A stretch of DNA of 64,000 bases, from assembly GCA_964016885.1 (NCBI GenBank), contig OZ024744.1, positions 21,638,001-21,702,000 on the forward strand. The letters run 5' to 3'. Of this stretch, positions 1 through 13,300 are shown piece after piece (within the stretch, counting starts at the first letter, position 1; each line of letters starts with the position of its first letter). Source of the stretch: Eledone cirrhosa. Taxonomy: Eukaryota. The notes beneath the pieces were generated by a model. It was given only the letters and a program-made list of their open reading frames with translations, was not told where the DNA came from and made no database searches. Both the position numbers and the translations under genes were made by a program.

Positions 1-2279
1 GGCACAACAGGTATGACATCTTCAGACAGTTAGAAGAGGTGACAGCAACAAAAGCTATGACATCTTCAGACAGTTACAAGAGTTGACAGGCACAACAGCT
101 ATGACATCTACAGACAGAAGAGGTGACAACCACAACAGCTATGACATATTCAGACAGTTAGAAGAGGTGACAGGCACAACAGCTATGACATCTTTAGACA
201 GATAGAAGAGGTGACAGCCACAACAGCTATGACATCTTCAGCCAGTTAGAAGAGGTGACAGCCACAACAGCTATGACATCTTTAGACAGTTAGAAGAGGT
301 GACAGCCACAACAGCTATGACATCTTCAGCCAGTTAGAAGAGGTGACAGCCACAACAGCTATGACATCTTTAGACAGTTAGAAGAGGTGACAGCCACAAC
401 AGCTATGACATCTTCAGACAGTGAGAAGAGGTGACAGGCACAACAGCTATGACATCTTCAGACAGTTAGAAGAGGTGACAGCCACAACAGCTATGACGTC
501 TTTAGACAGTTAGAAGAGGTGAAAGGAACAACAGCTATGACATCTTCAGAGAGTTAGAAGAGGTGACAGGCACAACAGCTATGACATCTTCAGACAGTTA
601 GAAGATGTTACAGCAACAACAGCTATGGCATCTTCAGACAGAAGAGGTGACAGCCACCACAGTTATGACATCTTCAGACAGATAGAGGAGGTGACAGGCA
701 CAACAGCTTTGACATCTTTAGACAGTTAGAAGAGGTGACAGCCACAACAGCTATGACATATTCAGACAGTTAGGAGAGGTGACAGGCACAACAGCTATGA
801 CATCTTTAGACAGTTAGAAGAAGTGACAGGAACAACAGCTATGACATCTTCAGACAGTTAGAAGAGGTGACAGGCACAACAGCTATGACATCTTCAGACA
901 GTTAGAAGAGGTGACAGCAACAAAAGCTATGACATCTTCAGACAGTTACAAGAGTTGACAGGCACAACAGCTATGACATCTACAGACAGAAGAGGTGACA
1001 ACCACAACAGCTATGACATATTCAGACAGTTAGAAGAGGTGACAGCCACAACAGCTATGACATCTTCAGACAGAAGAGGTGACAGGCACAACAGCTATGA
1101 CATCTTCAGAGAGTTAGAAGAGGTGACAGCAACAACAGCTATGACATCTTCAGACAGTTAGCAGAGGTGACAGGCACAACAGCTATGATATCTTTAGACA
1201 GTTAGAAGAGGTGACAGCCACAACAGCTATGACATCTTCAGACAGAAGAGGTGACAGCTACAACAGCTATGACATCTTCAGAGAGAAGAGGTGACATACG
1301 CAACAGCTATAACATCTTCAGACAGTTAGAAGAGGTGACAGGCACAACAGCTATGACATCTTTAGACAGTTAGAAGAGGTGACAATCACAACAGCTATGA
1401 CATCTTTAGATAGTTAGAAGAGGTGACAGCCACAACAGCTATGACATCTTCAGACAGTTAGAAGAGGTGACAGGCACAACAGCTATGACATCTTTACACA
1501 GTTAGAAGAGGTGACAGGAACAACAGCTATGACATCTTCAGACAGTTAGAAGTGGTGACAGGCACAACAGCTATGACATATTCAGACAGTTAGAAGAGGT
1601 GACAGTAACAACAGCTATGGCATCTTCAGACAGAAGAGGTGACAGCCACAACAGTTATGACATCTTCAGACAGATAGAAGAGGTGACAGGCACAACAGCT
1701 ATGACATCTTTAGACAGTTAGAAGAGGTGCCAGCCACAACAGCTATGACATATTCAGACAGTTAGAAGAGGTGACAGGCACAACAGCTATGACATCTTCA
1801 GACAGTTAGAAGAGGTGACAGCCACAACAGCTATGACATATTCAGACAGTTAGAAGAGGTGACAGGCACAACAGCTATGGCATCTTCAGACAGTTAGAAG
1901 AGGTGACAGCCACAACAGCTATGACATCTTTAGACAGTTAGAAGAGGTGACAGCAACAACAGCTATGACATATTCAGACAGTTAGAAGAGGTGACAGGCA
2001 CAACAGCTATGACATCTTTAGACAGTTAGAAGAGGTGACAGCCACAACAGCTATGACATCTTCAGACAGAAGAGGTGACAGCTACAACAGCTATGACATC
2101 TTCAGAGAGAAGAGGTGACAGGCACAACAGCTATGACATCTTCAGACAGAAGAGGTGACATACGCAACAGCTATAACATCTTCAGACAGTTAGAAGAGGT
2201 GACAAGCACAACAGCTATGACATCTTTAGACAGTTAGAAGAGGTGACAACCACAACAGCTATGACATCTTTAGACAGTT

Positions 2280-5200
2280 AGAAGAGGTGACAGCCACAAC
2301 AGCTATGACATCTTCAGACAGTTAGAAGAGGTGACCGCCACAACATCTATGGCATCTTCATACAGTTAGAAGAGGTGACAGCAACAACAGCTATGACATC
2401 TTTAGACAGTTAGAAGAGGTGACAGACACAACAGCTATGACATCTTCAGACAGTTAGAAGAGGTGACAAGTACAACAGCTATGACATCTTCAGACAGTTA
2501 GAAGAGGTGACAGCAACAACAGCTATGACATCTTCAGACAGAAGAGGTGACAGCCACAACAGCTATGACATTTTCAGACAGTTAGAAGAGGTGACAGCAA
2601 CAACAGCTATGACATCTTCAGACAGAAGAGGTGACAGCCACAACAGCTATGACATCTTCAGACAGTTAGAAGAGGTGACAGCCACAACAGCTATGACGTC
2701 TTTAGACAGTTAGAAGAGGTGACAGGAACAACAGCTATGACATCTTCAGACAGTTAGAAGAAGTGACAGGCACAACAGCTATGACATCTTCAGACAGTTA
2801 GAAGAGGTGACAGCAACAACAGCTATGGCATCTTCAGACAGAAGACGTGACAGCCACAACAGTTATGACATCTTCAGACAGATAGAAGAGGTGACAGGCA
2901 CAACAGCTATGATATCTTTAGACAGTTAGAAGAGGTGACAGCCACAACAGCTATGACATCTTCAGACAGAAGAGGTGACAGCTACAACAGCTATGACATC
3001 TTCAGAGAGAAGAGGTGACATGCACAACAGCTATGACATCTTCAGACAGAAGAGGTGACATACGCAACAGCTATAACATCTTCAGACAGTTAGAAGAGTT
3101 GACAGGCACAACAGCTATGACATCTTTAGACAGTTAGAAGAGGTGACAACCACAACAGCTATGACATCTTTAGACAGTTAGAAGAGGTGACAGGCACAAC
3201 AGCTATGACATCTTCAGACAGTTAGAAGAGGTGACAGGCACAACAGCTATGACATCTTTAGACAGTTAGAAGAGGTGACAGCCACAAAAGCTATGACATC
3301 ATCAGACAGTTAGAAGAGGTGACAGCAACAACAGCTTTGACATCTTCAGACAGAAGAGGTGACAGCCACAACAGCTATGACATCTTCAGACAGTTAGAAG
3401 AGGTGACAGCCTCAACAGCTATGACGTCTTTAGACAGTTAGAAGAGGTGACAGGAACAACAGCTATGACATCTTCAGACAGTTAGAAGAGGTGACAGGCA
3501 CAACAGCTATGATATCTTCAGACAGTTAGAAGAGGTGACAGTAACAACAGCTATGGCATCTTCAGACAGAAGAGGTGACAGCCACAACAGTTATGACATC
3601 TTCAGACACATAGAAGAGGTGACAGGCACAACAGCTATGACATCTTTAGACAGTTAGAAGAGGTCACAGCCACAACAGCTATGACATATTCAGACAGTTA
3701 GAAGAGGTGACACGCACAACAGCTATGACATCTTCAGACAGTTAGAAGAGGTGACAGCCACAACAGCTATGACATCTTCAGACAGTTATAAGATGGGACA
3801 GACACAACAGCTATGACATATTCAGACAGTTAGAAGAGGTGACAGGCACAACAGCTATGACATCTTCAGACAGTTAGAAGAGGTGACAGCAACAACAGCT
3901 ATGGCATCTTCAGACAGAAGAGGTGACAGTCACAACAGTTATGACATATTCAGACAGATAGAAGAGGTGACAGGCACAACAGCTATGACATCTTTAGACA
4001 GTTAGAAGAGGTGACAGCCACAACAGCTATGACATATTCAGACAGTTAGAAGAGGTGACAGGCACAACAGCTATGACATCTTCAGACAGTTAGAAGAGGT
4101 GACAGCCACAACAGCTATAACATCTTTAGACAGTTAGAAGAAGTGACAGGAACAACAGCTATGACATCTTCAGACAGTTAGAAGAGGTGACAGGCACAAC
4201 AGCTATGACATCTTCAGACAGTTAGAAGAGGTGACAGGCACAAAAGCTATGACATCTTCAGACAGTTACAAGAGTTGACAGGCACAACAGCTATGACATC
4301 TACAGACAGAAGAGGTGACAACCACAACAGCTATGACATATTCAGACACTTAGAAGAGGTGACAGGCACAACAGCTATGACATCTTTAGACAGATAGAAG
4401 AGGTGACAGCCACAACAGCTATGACATCTTTAGACAGTTAGAAGAGGTGACAACCACAACAGCTATGACATCTTTAGACAGTTAGAAGAGGTGACAGCCA
4501 CAACAGCTATGACATCTTCAGACAGTTAGAAGAGGTGACCGCCACAACATCTATGGCATCTTCATACAGTTAGAAGAGGTGACAGCAACAACAGCTATGA
4601 CATCTTTAGACAGTTAGAAGAGGTGACAGACACAATAGCTATGACATCTTCAGACATTTAGAAGAGGTGACAAGTACAACAGCTATGACATCTTCAGACA
4701 GTTAGAAGAGGTGACAGCATCAACAGCTATGACATCTTCAGACAGAAGAGGTGACAGCCACAACAGCTATGACATTTTCAGACAGTTAGAAGAGGTGACA
4801 GCAACAACAGCTATGACATCTTCAGACAGAAGAGGTGACAGCCACAACAGCTATGACATCTTCAGACAGTTAGAAGAGGTGACAGCCACAACAGCTATGA
4901 CGTCTTTAGACAGTTAGAAGAGGTGACAGGAACAACAGCTATGACATCTTCAGACAGTTAGAAGAAGTGACAGGCACAACAGCTATGACATCTTCAGACA
5001 GTTAGAAGAGGTGACAGCAACAACAGCTATGGCATCTTCAGACAGAAGAGGTGACAGCCACAACAGTTATGACATCTTCAGACAGATAGAAGAGGTGACA
5101 GGCACAACAGCTATGATATCTTTAGACAGTTAGAAGAGGTGACAGCCACAACAGCTATGACATCTTCAGACAGAAGAGGTGACAGCTACAACAGCTATGA

Positions 5201-7360
5201 CATCTTCAGAGAGAAGAGGTGACATGCACAACAGCTATGACATCTTCAGACAGAAGAGGTGACATACGCAACAGCTATAACATCTTCAGACAGTTAGAAG
5301 AGTTGACAGGCACAACAGCTATGACATCTTTAGACAGTTAGAAGAGGTGACAACCACAACAGCTATGACATCTTTAGACAGTTAGAAGAGGTGACAGGCA
5401 CAACAGCTATGACATCTTCAGACAGTTAGAAGAGGTGACAGGCACAACAGCTATGACATCTTCAGACAGTTACAAGAGTTGACAGGCACAACAGCTATGA
5501 CATCTACAGACAGAAGAGGTGACAGCCACAACAGCTATGACATTTTCAGACAGTTAGAAGAGGTGACAGCAACAACAGCTATGACATCTTCAGACAGAAG
5601 AGGTGACAGCCACAACAGCTATGACATCTTCAGACAGTTAGAAGAGGTGACAGCCACAACAGCTATGACGTCTTTAGACAGTTAGAAGAGGTGACAGGAA
5701 CAACAGCTATGACATCTTCAGACAGTTAGAAGAAGTGACAGGCACAACAGCTATGACATCTTCAGACAGTTAGAAGAGGTGACAGCAACAACAGATATGG
5801 CATCTTCAGACAGAAGAGGTGACAGCCACAACAGTTATGACATCTTCAGACAGATAGAAGAGGTGACAGGCACAACAGCTATGATATCTTTAGACAGTTA
5901 GAAGAGGTGACAGCCACAACAGCTATGACATCTTCAGACAGAAGAGGTGACAGCTACAACAGCTATGACATCTTCAGAGAGAAGAGGTGACATGCACAAC
6001 AGCTATGACATCTTCAGACAGAAGAGGTGACATACGCAACAGCTATAACATCTTCAGACAGTTAGAAGAGTTGACAGGCACAACAGCTATGACATCTTTA
6101 GACAGTTAGAAGAGGTGACAACCACAACAGCTATGACATCTTTAGACAGTTAGAAGAGGTGACAGGCACAACAGCTATGACATCTTCAGACAGTTAGAAG
6201 AGGTGACAGGCACAACAGCTATGACATCTTTAGACAGTTAGAAGAGGTGACAGCCACAAAAGCTATGACATCATCAGACAGTTAGAAGAGGTGACAGCAA
6301 CAACAGCTTTGACATCTTCAGACAGAAGAGGTGACAGCCACAACAGCTATGACATCTTCAGACAGTTAGAAGAGGTGACAGCCTCAACAGCTATGACGTC
6401 TTTAGACAGTTAGAAGAGGTGACAGGAACAACAGCAATGACATCTTCAGACAGTTAGAAGAGGTGACAGGCACAACAGCTATGATATCTTCAGACAGTTA
6501 GAAGAGGTGACAGTAACAACAGCTATGGCATCTTCAGACAGAAGAGGTGACAGCCACAACAGTTATGACATCTTCAGACACATAGAAGAGGTGACAGGCA
6601 CAACAGCTATGACATCTTTAGACAGTTAGAAGAGGTCACAGCCACAACAGCTATGACATATTCAGACAGTTAGAAGAGGTGACACGCACAACAGCTATGA
6701 CATCTTCAGACAGTTAGAAGAGGTGACAGCCACAACAGCTATGACATCTTCAGACAGTTATAAGATGTGACAGACACAACAGCTATGACATATTCAGACA
6801 GTTAGAAGAGGTGACAGGCACAACAGCTATGACATCTTCAGACAGTTAGAAGAGGTGACAGCAACAACAGCTATGGCATCTTCAGACAGAAGAGGTGACA
6901 GTCACAACAGTTATGACATATTCAGACAGATAGAAGAGGTGACAGGCACAACAGCTATGACATCTTTAGACAGTTAGAAGAGGTGACAGCCACAACAGCT
7001 ATGACATATTTAGACAGTTAGAAGAGGTGACAGGCACAACAGCTATGACATCTTCAGACAGTTAGAAGAGGTGACAGCCACAACAGCTATAACATCTTTA
7101 GACAGTTAGAAGAAGTGACAGGAACAACAGCTATGACATCTTCAGACAGTTAGAAGAGGTGACAGGCACAACAGCTATGACATCTTCAGACAGTTAGAAG
7201 AGGTGACAGGCACAAAAGCTATGACATCTTCAGACAGTTACAAGAGTTGACAGGCACAACAGCTATGACATCTACAGACAGAAGAGGTGACAACCACAAC
7301 AGCTATGACATATTCAGACACTTAGAAGAGGTGACAGGCACAACAGCTATGACATCTTTA
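2280..7360 (+). repeat. Nested higher-order duplications with offsets 2204, 768 and 2972 bp
   Basis: The TTTTCAG marker is at 2571, 4775 and 5543 (offsets 2204 and 768). The ATCAG variant at 3301/6273 and the CACATAG, GGTCACA and ACACTTAG markers recur at offset 2972 (=2204+768). Confidence 0.85.
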
Positions 7361-10300
7361 GACAGATAGAAGAGGTGACAGCCACAACAGCTATGACATC
7401 TTCAGCCAGTTAGAAGAGGTGACAGCCACAACAGCTATGACATCTTTAGACAGTTAGAAGAGGTGACAGCCACAACAGCTATGACAACTTCAGACAGTTA
7501 GAAGAGGTGACAGCCACAACAGCTATGGCATCTTTAGACAGTGAGAAGAGGTGACAGGCACAACAGCTATGACATCTTCAGACAGTTAGAAGAGGTGACA
7601 GCCACAACAGCTATGACGTCTTTAGACAGTTAGAAGAGGTGAAAGGTACAACAGCTATGACATCTTCAGAGTGTTAGAAGAGGAGACAGGCACAACAGCT
7701 ATGACATCTTCAGACAGTTAGAAGAGGTGATAGCAACAACAGCTATGGCATCTTCAGACAGAAGAGGTGATAGCCACAACAGTTATGACATCTTCGGACA
7801 GATAGAGGAGGTGACAGGCACAACAGCTATGACATCTTTAGACAGTTAGAAGAGGTGACAGCCACAACAGCTATGACATATTCAGACAGTTAGAACAGGT
7901 GACAGGCACAACAGCTATGACATCTTTAGACAGTTAGAAGAAGTGACAGGAAGAACAACTATGACATCTTCAGACAGTTAGAAGAGGTGACAGGCACAAC
8001 AGCTATGACATCTTCAGACAGTTAGAAGAGGTGACAGGCACAACAGCTATGACATCTTCAGACAGTTAGAAGAGGTGACAGCAACAACAGCTATGACATC
8101 TTCAGACAGAAGAGGTGACAGCCACAACAGCTATGACATCTTCAGACAGTTAGAAGAGGTGACAGGAACAACAGCTATGACATCTTCAGACAGTTAGAAG
8201 AGGTGACAGGCACAACAGCTATGACATCTTCAGACAGTTAGAAGAGGTGACAGTAACAACAGCTATGGCATCTTCAGACAGAAGAGGTGACAGCCACAAC
8301 AGTTATGACATCTTCAGACAGATAGAAGAGGTGACAGGCACAACAGCTATGACATCTTTAGACAGTTAGAAGAGGTGACAGCCACAACAGCTATGACATA
8401 TTCAGACAGTTAGAAGAGGTGACAGGCACAACAGCTATGACATCTTCAGACAATTAGAAGAGGTGACAGCCACAACAGCTATGACATCTTCAGACAGTTA
8501 TAAGATGTCACAGCCACAACAGCTATGACATATTCAGAGAGTTAGAAGAGGTGAGAGGCACAACAGCTGTGACATCTTCAGACAGTTAGAAGAGGTGACA
8601 GCCACAACAGCTATGACATCTTTAGACAGTTAGAAGAGGTGACAGCAACAACAGCTATGACATCTTCAGACAGTTAGAAGAGGTGACAGGCACAACAGCT
8701 ATGACATCTTTAGACAGTTAGAAGAGGTGACAGCCACAACTGCTATGACATCTTCAGACAGAAGAGGTGACAGCTACAACAGCTATGACATCTTCAGACA
8801 GTTAGAAGAGGTGACAGGCACAACAGCTATGACATCTTTAGACAGTTAGAAGAGGTGACAGCCACAACAGCTATGACATATTCAGACAGTTAGAAGAGGT
8901 GACAGGCACAACAGCTATGACATCTTCAGACAGTTAGAAGAGGTGACAGGCACAACAGCTATGACATCTTTAGACAGTTAGAAGAAGTGACAGGAACAAC
9001 AGTTATGACATCTTCAGACAGTTAGAAGAGGTGACAGGCACAACAGCTATGACATCTACAGACAGTTAGAAGAGGTGACAGCAACAAAAGCTATGACATC
9101 TTCAGACAGTTACAAGAGTTGACAGGCACAACAGCTATGACATCTACAGACAGAAGAGGTGACAACCACAACAGCTATGACATATTCAGACACTTAGAAG
9201 AGGTGACAGGCACAACAGCTATGACATCTTTAGACAGATAGAAGAGGTGACAGCCACAACAGCTATGACATCTTCAGCCAGTTAGAAGAGGTGACAGCCA
9301 CAACAGCTATGACATATTTAGACAGTTAGAAGAGGTGACAGCCACAACAGCTATGACATCTTCAGACAGTTAGAAGAGGTGACAGCCACAACAGCTATGG
9401 CATCTTTAGACAGTGAGAAGAGGTGACAGGCACAACAGCTATGACATCTTCAGACAGTTAGAAGAGGTGACAGCCACAACAGCTATGACGTCTTTAGACA
9501 GTTAGAAGAGGTGAAAGGAACAACAGCTATGACATCTTCAGAGAGTTAGAAGAGGAGACAGGCACAACAGCTATGACATCTTCAGACAGTTAGAAGAGGT
9601 GATAGCAACAACAGCTATGGCATCTTCAGACAGAAGAGGTGACAGCCACAATAGTTATGACATCTTCAGACAGATAGAGGAGGTGACAGGCACAACAGCT
9701 ATGACATCTTTAGACAGTTAGAAGAGGTGACAGCCACAACAGCTATGACATATTCAGACAGTTAGAAGAGGTGACAGGCACAACAGCTATGACATCTTCA
9801 GACAGTTAGAAGAGGTGACAGCCACAACAGCTATGACATCTTCAGACAGTTAGAAGAAGTGACAGGAAGAACAACTATGACATCTTCAGACAGTTAGAAG
9901 AGGTGACAGGCACAACAGCTATGACATCTTCAGACAGTTAGAAGAGGTGACAGGCACAACAGCTATGACAACTTCAGACAGTTAGAAGAGGTGACAGCCA
10001 CAACAGCTATGGCATCTTTAGACAGTGAGAAGAGGTGACAGCCACAACAGCTATGGCATCTTTAGACAGTGAGAAGAGGTGACAGGCACAACAGCTATGA
10101 CATCTTCAGACAGTTAGAAGAGGTGACAGCCACAACAGCTATGACGTCTTTAGACAGTTAGAAGAGGTGAAAGGAACAACAGCTATGACATCTTCAGAGA
10201 GTTAGAAGAGGAGACAGGCACAACAGCTATGACATCTTCAGACAGTTAGAAGAGGTGATAGCAACAACAGCTATGGCATCTTCAGACAGAAGAGGTGATA

Positions 10301-13300
10301 GCCACAACAGTTATGACATCTTCGGACAGATAGAGGAGGTGACAGGCACAACAGCTATGACATCTTTAGACAGTTAGAAGAGGTGACAGCCTCAACAGCT
10401 ATGACATATTCAGACAGTTAGAACAGGTGACAGGCACAACAGCTATGACATCTTTAGACAGTTAGAAGAAGTGACAGGAAGAACAACTATGACATCTTCA
10501 GACAGTTAGAAGAGGTGACAGGCACAACAGCTATGACATCTTCAGACAGTTAGAAGAGGTGACAGGCACAACAGCTATGACATCTTCAGACAGTTAGAAG
10601 AGGTGACAGCAACAACAGCTATGACATCTTCAGACAGAAGAGGTGACAGCCACAACAGCTATGACATCTTCAGACAGTTAGAAGAGGTGACAGCCACAAC
10701 AGCTATGACATATTTAGACAGTTAGAAGAGGTGACAGCCACAACAGCTATGACATCTTCAGACAGTTAGAAGAGGTGACAGCCACAACAGCTATGGCATC
10801 TTTAGACAGTGAGAAGAGGTGACAGGCACAACAGCTATGACATCTTCAGACAGTTAGAAGAGGTGACAGCCACAACAGCTATGACGTCTTTAGACAGTTA
10901 GAAGAGCTGAAAGGAACAACAGCTATGACATCTTCAGAGAGTTAGAAGAGGAGACAGGCACAACAGCTATGACATCTTCAGACAGTTAGAAGAGGTGATA
11001 GCAACAACAGCTATGGCATCTTCAGACAGAAGAGGTGACAGCCACAATAGTTATGACATCTTCAGAGAGATAGAAGAGGTGACAGCCACAACAGCTATGA
11101 CATATTCAGACAGTTAGAAGAGGTGACAGGCACAACAGCTATGACATCTTCAGACAGTTAGAAGAGGTGACAGCCACAACAGCTATAACATCTTTAGACA
11201 GTTAGAAGAAGTGACAGGAAGAACAACTATGACATCTTCAGACAGTTAGAAGAGGTGACAGGCACAACAGCTATGACATCTTCAGACAGTTAGAAGAGGT
11301 GACAGGCACAACAGCTATGACATCTTCAGACAGTTAGAAGAGGTGACAGCAACAACAGCTATGACATCTTCAGACAGAAGAGGTGACAGCCACAACAGCT
11401 ATGACATCTTCAGACAGTTAGAAGAGGTGACAGCCTCAACAGCTATGTCGTCTTTAGACAGTTAGAAGAGGTGACAGGAACAACAGCTATGACATCTTCA
11501 GACAGTTAGAAGAGGTGACAGGCACAACAGCTATGATATCTTCAGACAGTTAGAAGAGGTGACAGTAACAACAGCTATGGCATCTTCAGACAGAAGAGGT
11601 GACAGCCACAACAGTTATGACATCTTCAGACAGATAGAAGAGGTGACAGGCACAACAGCTATGACATCTTTAGACAGTTAGAAGAGGTGACAGCCACAAC
11701 AGCTATGACATATTCAGACAGTTAGAAGAGGTGACAGGCACAACAGCTATGACATCTTCAGACAATTAGAAGAGGTGACAGCCACAACAGCTATGACATC
11801 TTCAGACAGATATAAGATGTCACAGCCACAACAGCTATGACATATTCAGAGAGTTAGAAGAGGTGACAGGCACAACAGCTGTGACATCTTCAGACAGTTA
11901 GAAGAGGTGACAGCCACAACAGCTATGACATCTTTAGACAGTTAGAAGAGGTGACAGGCACAACAGCTATGACATCTTTAGACAGTTAGAAGAGGTGACA
12001 GCCACAACTGCTATGACATCTTCAGACAGAAGAGGTGACAGCTACAACAGCTATGACATCTTCAGACAGTTAGAAGAGGTGACAGGCACAACAGCTATGA
12101 CATCTTTAGACAGTTAGAAGAGGTGACAGCCACAACAGCTATGACATATTCAGACAGTTAGAAGAGGTGACAGGCACAACAGCTATGACATCTTCAGACA
12201 GTTAGAAGAGGTGACAGGCACAACAGCTATGACATCTTTAGACAGTTAGAAGAAGTGACAGGAACAACAGCTATGACATCTTCAGACAGTTAGAAGAGGT
12301 GACAGGCACAACAGCTATGACATCTACAGACGGTTAGAAGAGGTGACAGCAACAAAAGCTATGACATCTTCAGACAGTTACAAGAGTTGACAGGCACAAC
12401 AGCTATGACATCTACAGACAGAAGAGGTGACAACCACAACAGCTATGACATATTCAGACACTTAGAAGAGGTGACAGGCACAACAGCTATGACATCTTTA
12501 GACAGATAGAAGAGGTGACAGCCACAACAGCTATGACATCTTCAGCCAGTTAGAAGAGGTGACAGCCACAACAGCTATGACATATTTAGACAGTTAGAAG
12601 AGGTGACAGCCACAACAGCTATGACATCTTCAGACAGTTAGAAGAGGTGACAGCCACAACAGCTATGGCATCTTTAGACAGTGAGAAGAGGTGACAGGCA
12701 CAACAGCTATGACATCTTCAGACAGTTAGAAGAGGTGACAGCCACAACAGCTATGACGTCTTTAGACAGTTAGAAGAGGTGAAAGGAACAACAGCTATGA
12801 CATCTTCAGAGAGTTAGAAGAGGAGACAGGCACAACAGCTATGACATCTTCAGACAGTTAGAAGAGGTGATAGCAACAACAGCTATGGCATCTTCAGACA
12901 GAAGAGGTGACAGCCACAACAGTTATGACATCTGCAGACAGATAGAGGAGGTGACAGGCACAACAGCTATGACATCTTTTGACAGTTAGAAGAGGTGACA
13001 GCCACAACAGCTATGACATATTCAGACAGTTAGAAGAGGTGACAGGCACAACAGCTATGACATCTTTAGACAGTTAGAAGAAGTGACAGGAAGAACAACT
13101 ATGACATCTTCAGACAGTTAGAAGAGGTCACAGGCACAACAGCTATGACATCGTCAGACAGTTAGAAGAGGTGACAGGCACAACAGCTATGACATCTTCA
13201 GACAGTTAGAAGAGGTGACAGCAACAACAGCTATGACATCTTCAGACAGAAGAGGTGACAGCCACAACAGCTATGACATCTTCAGACAGTTAGAAGAGGT

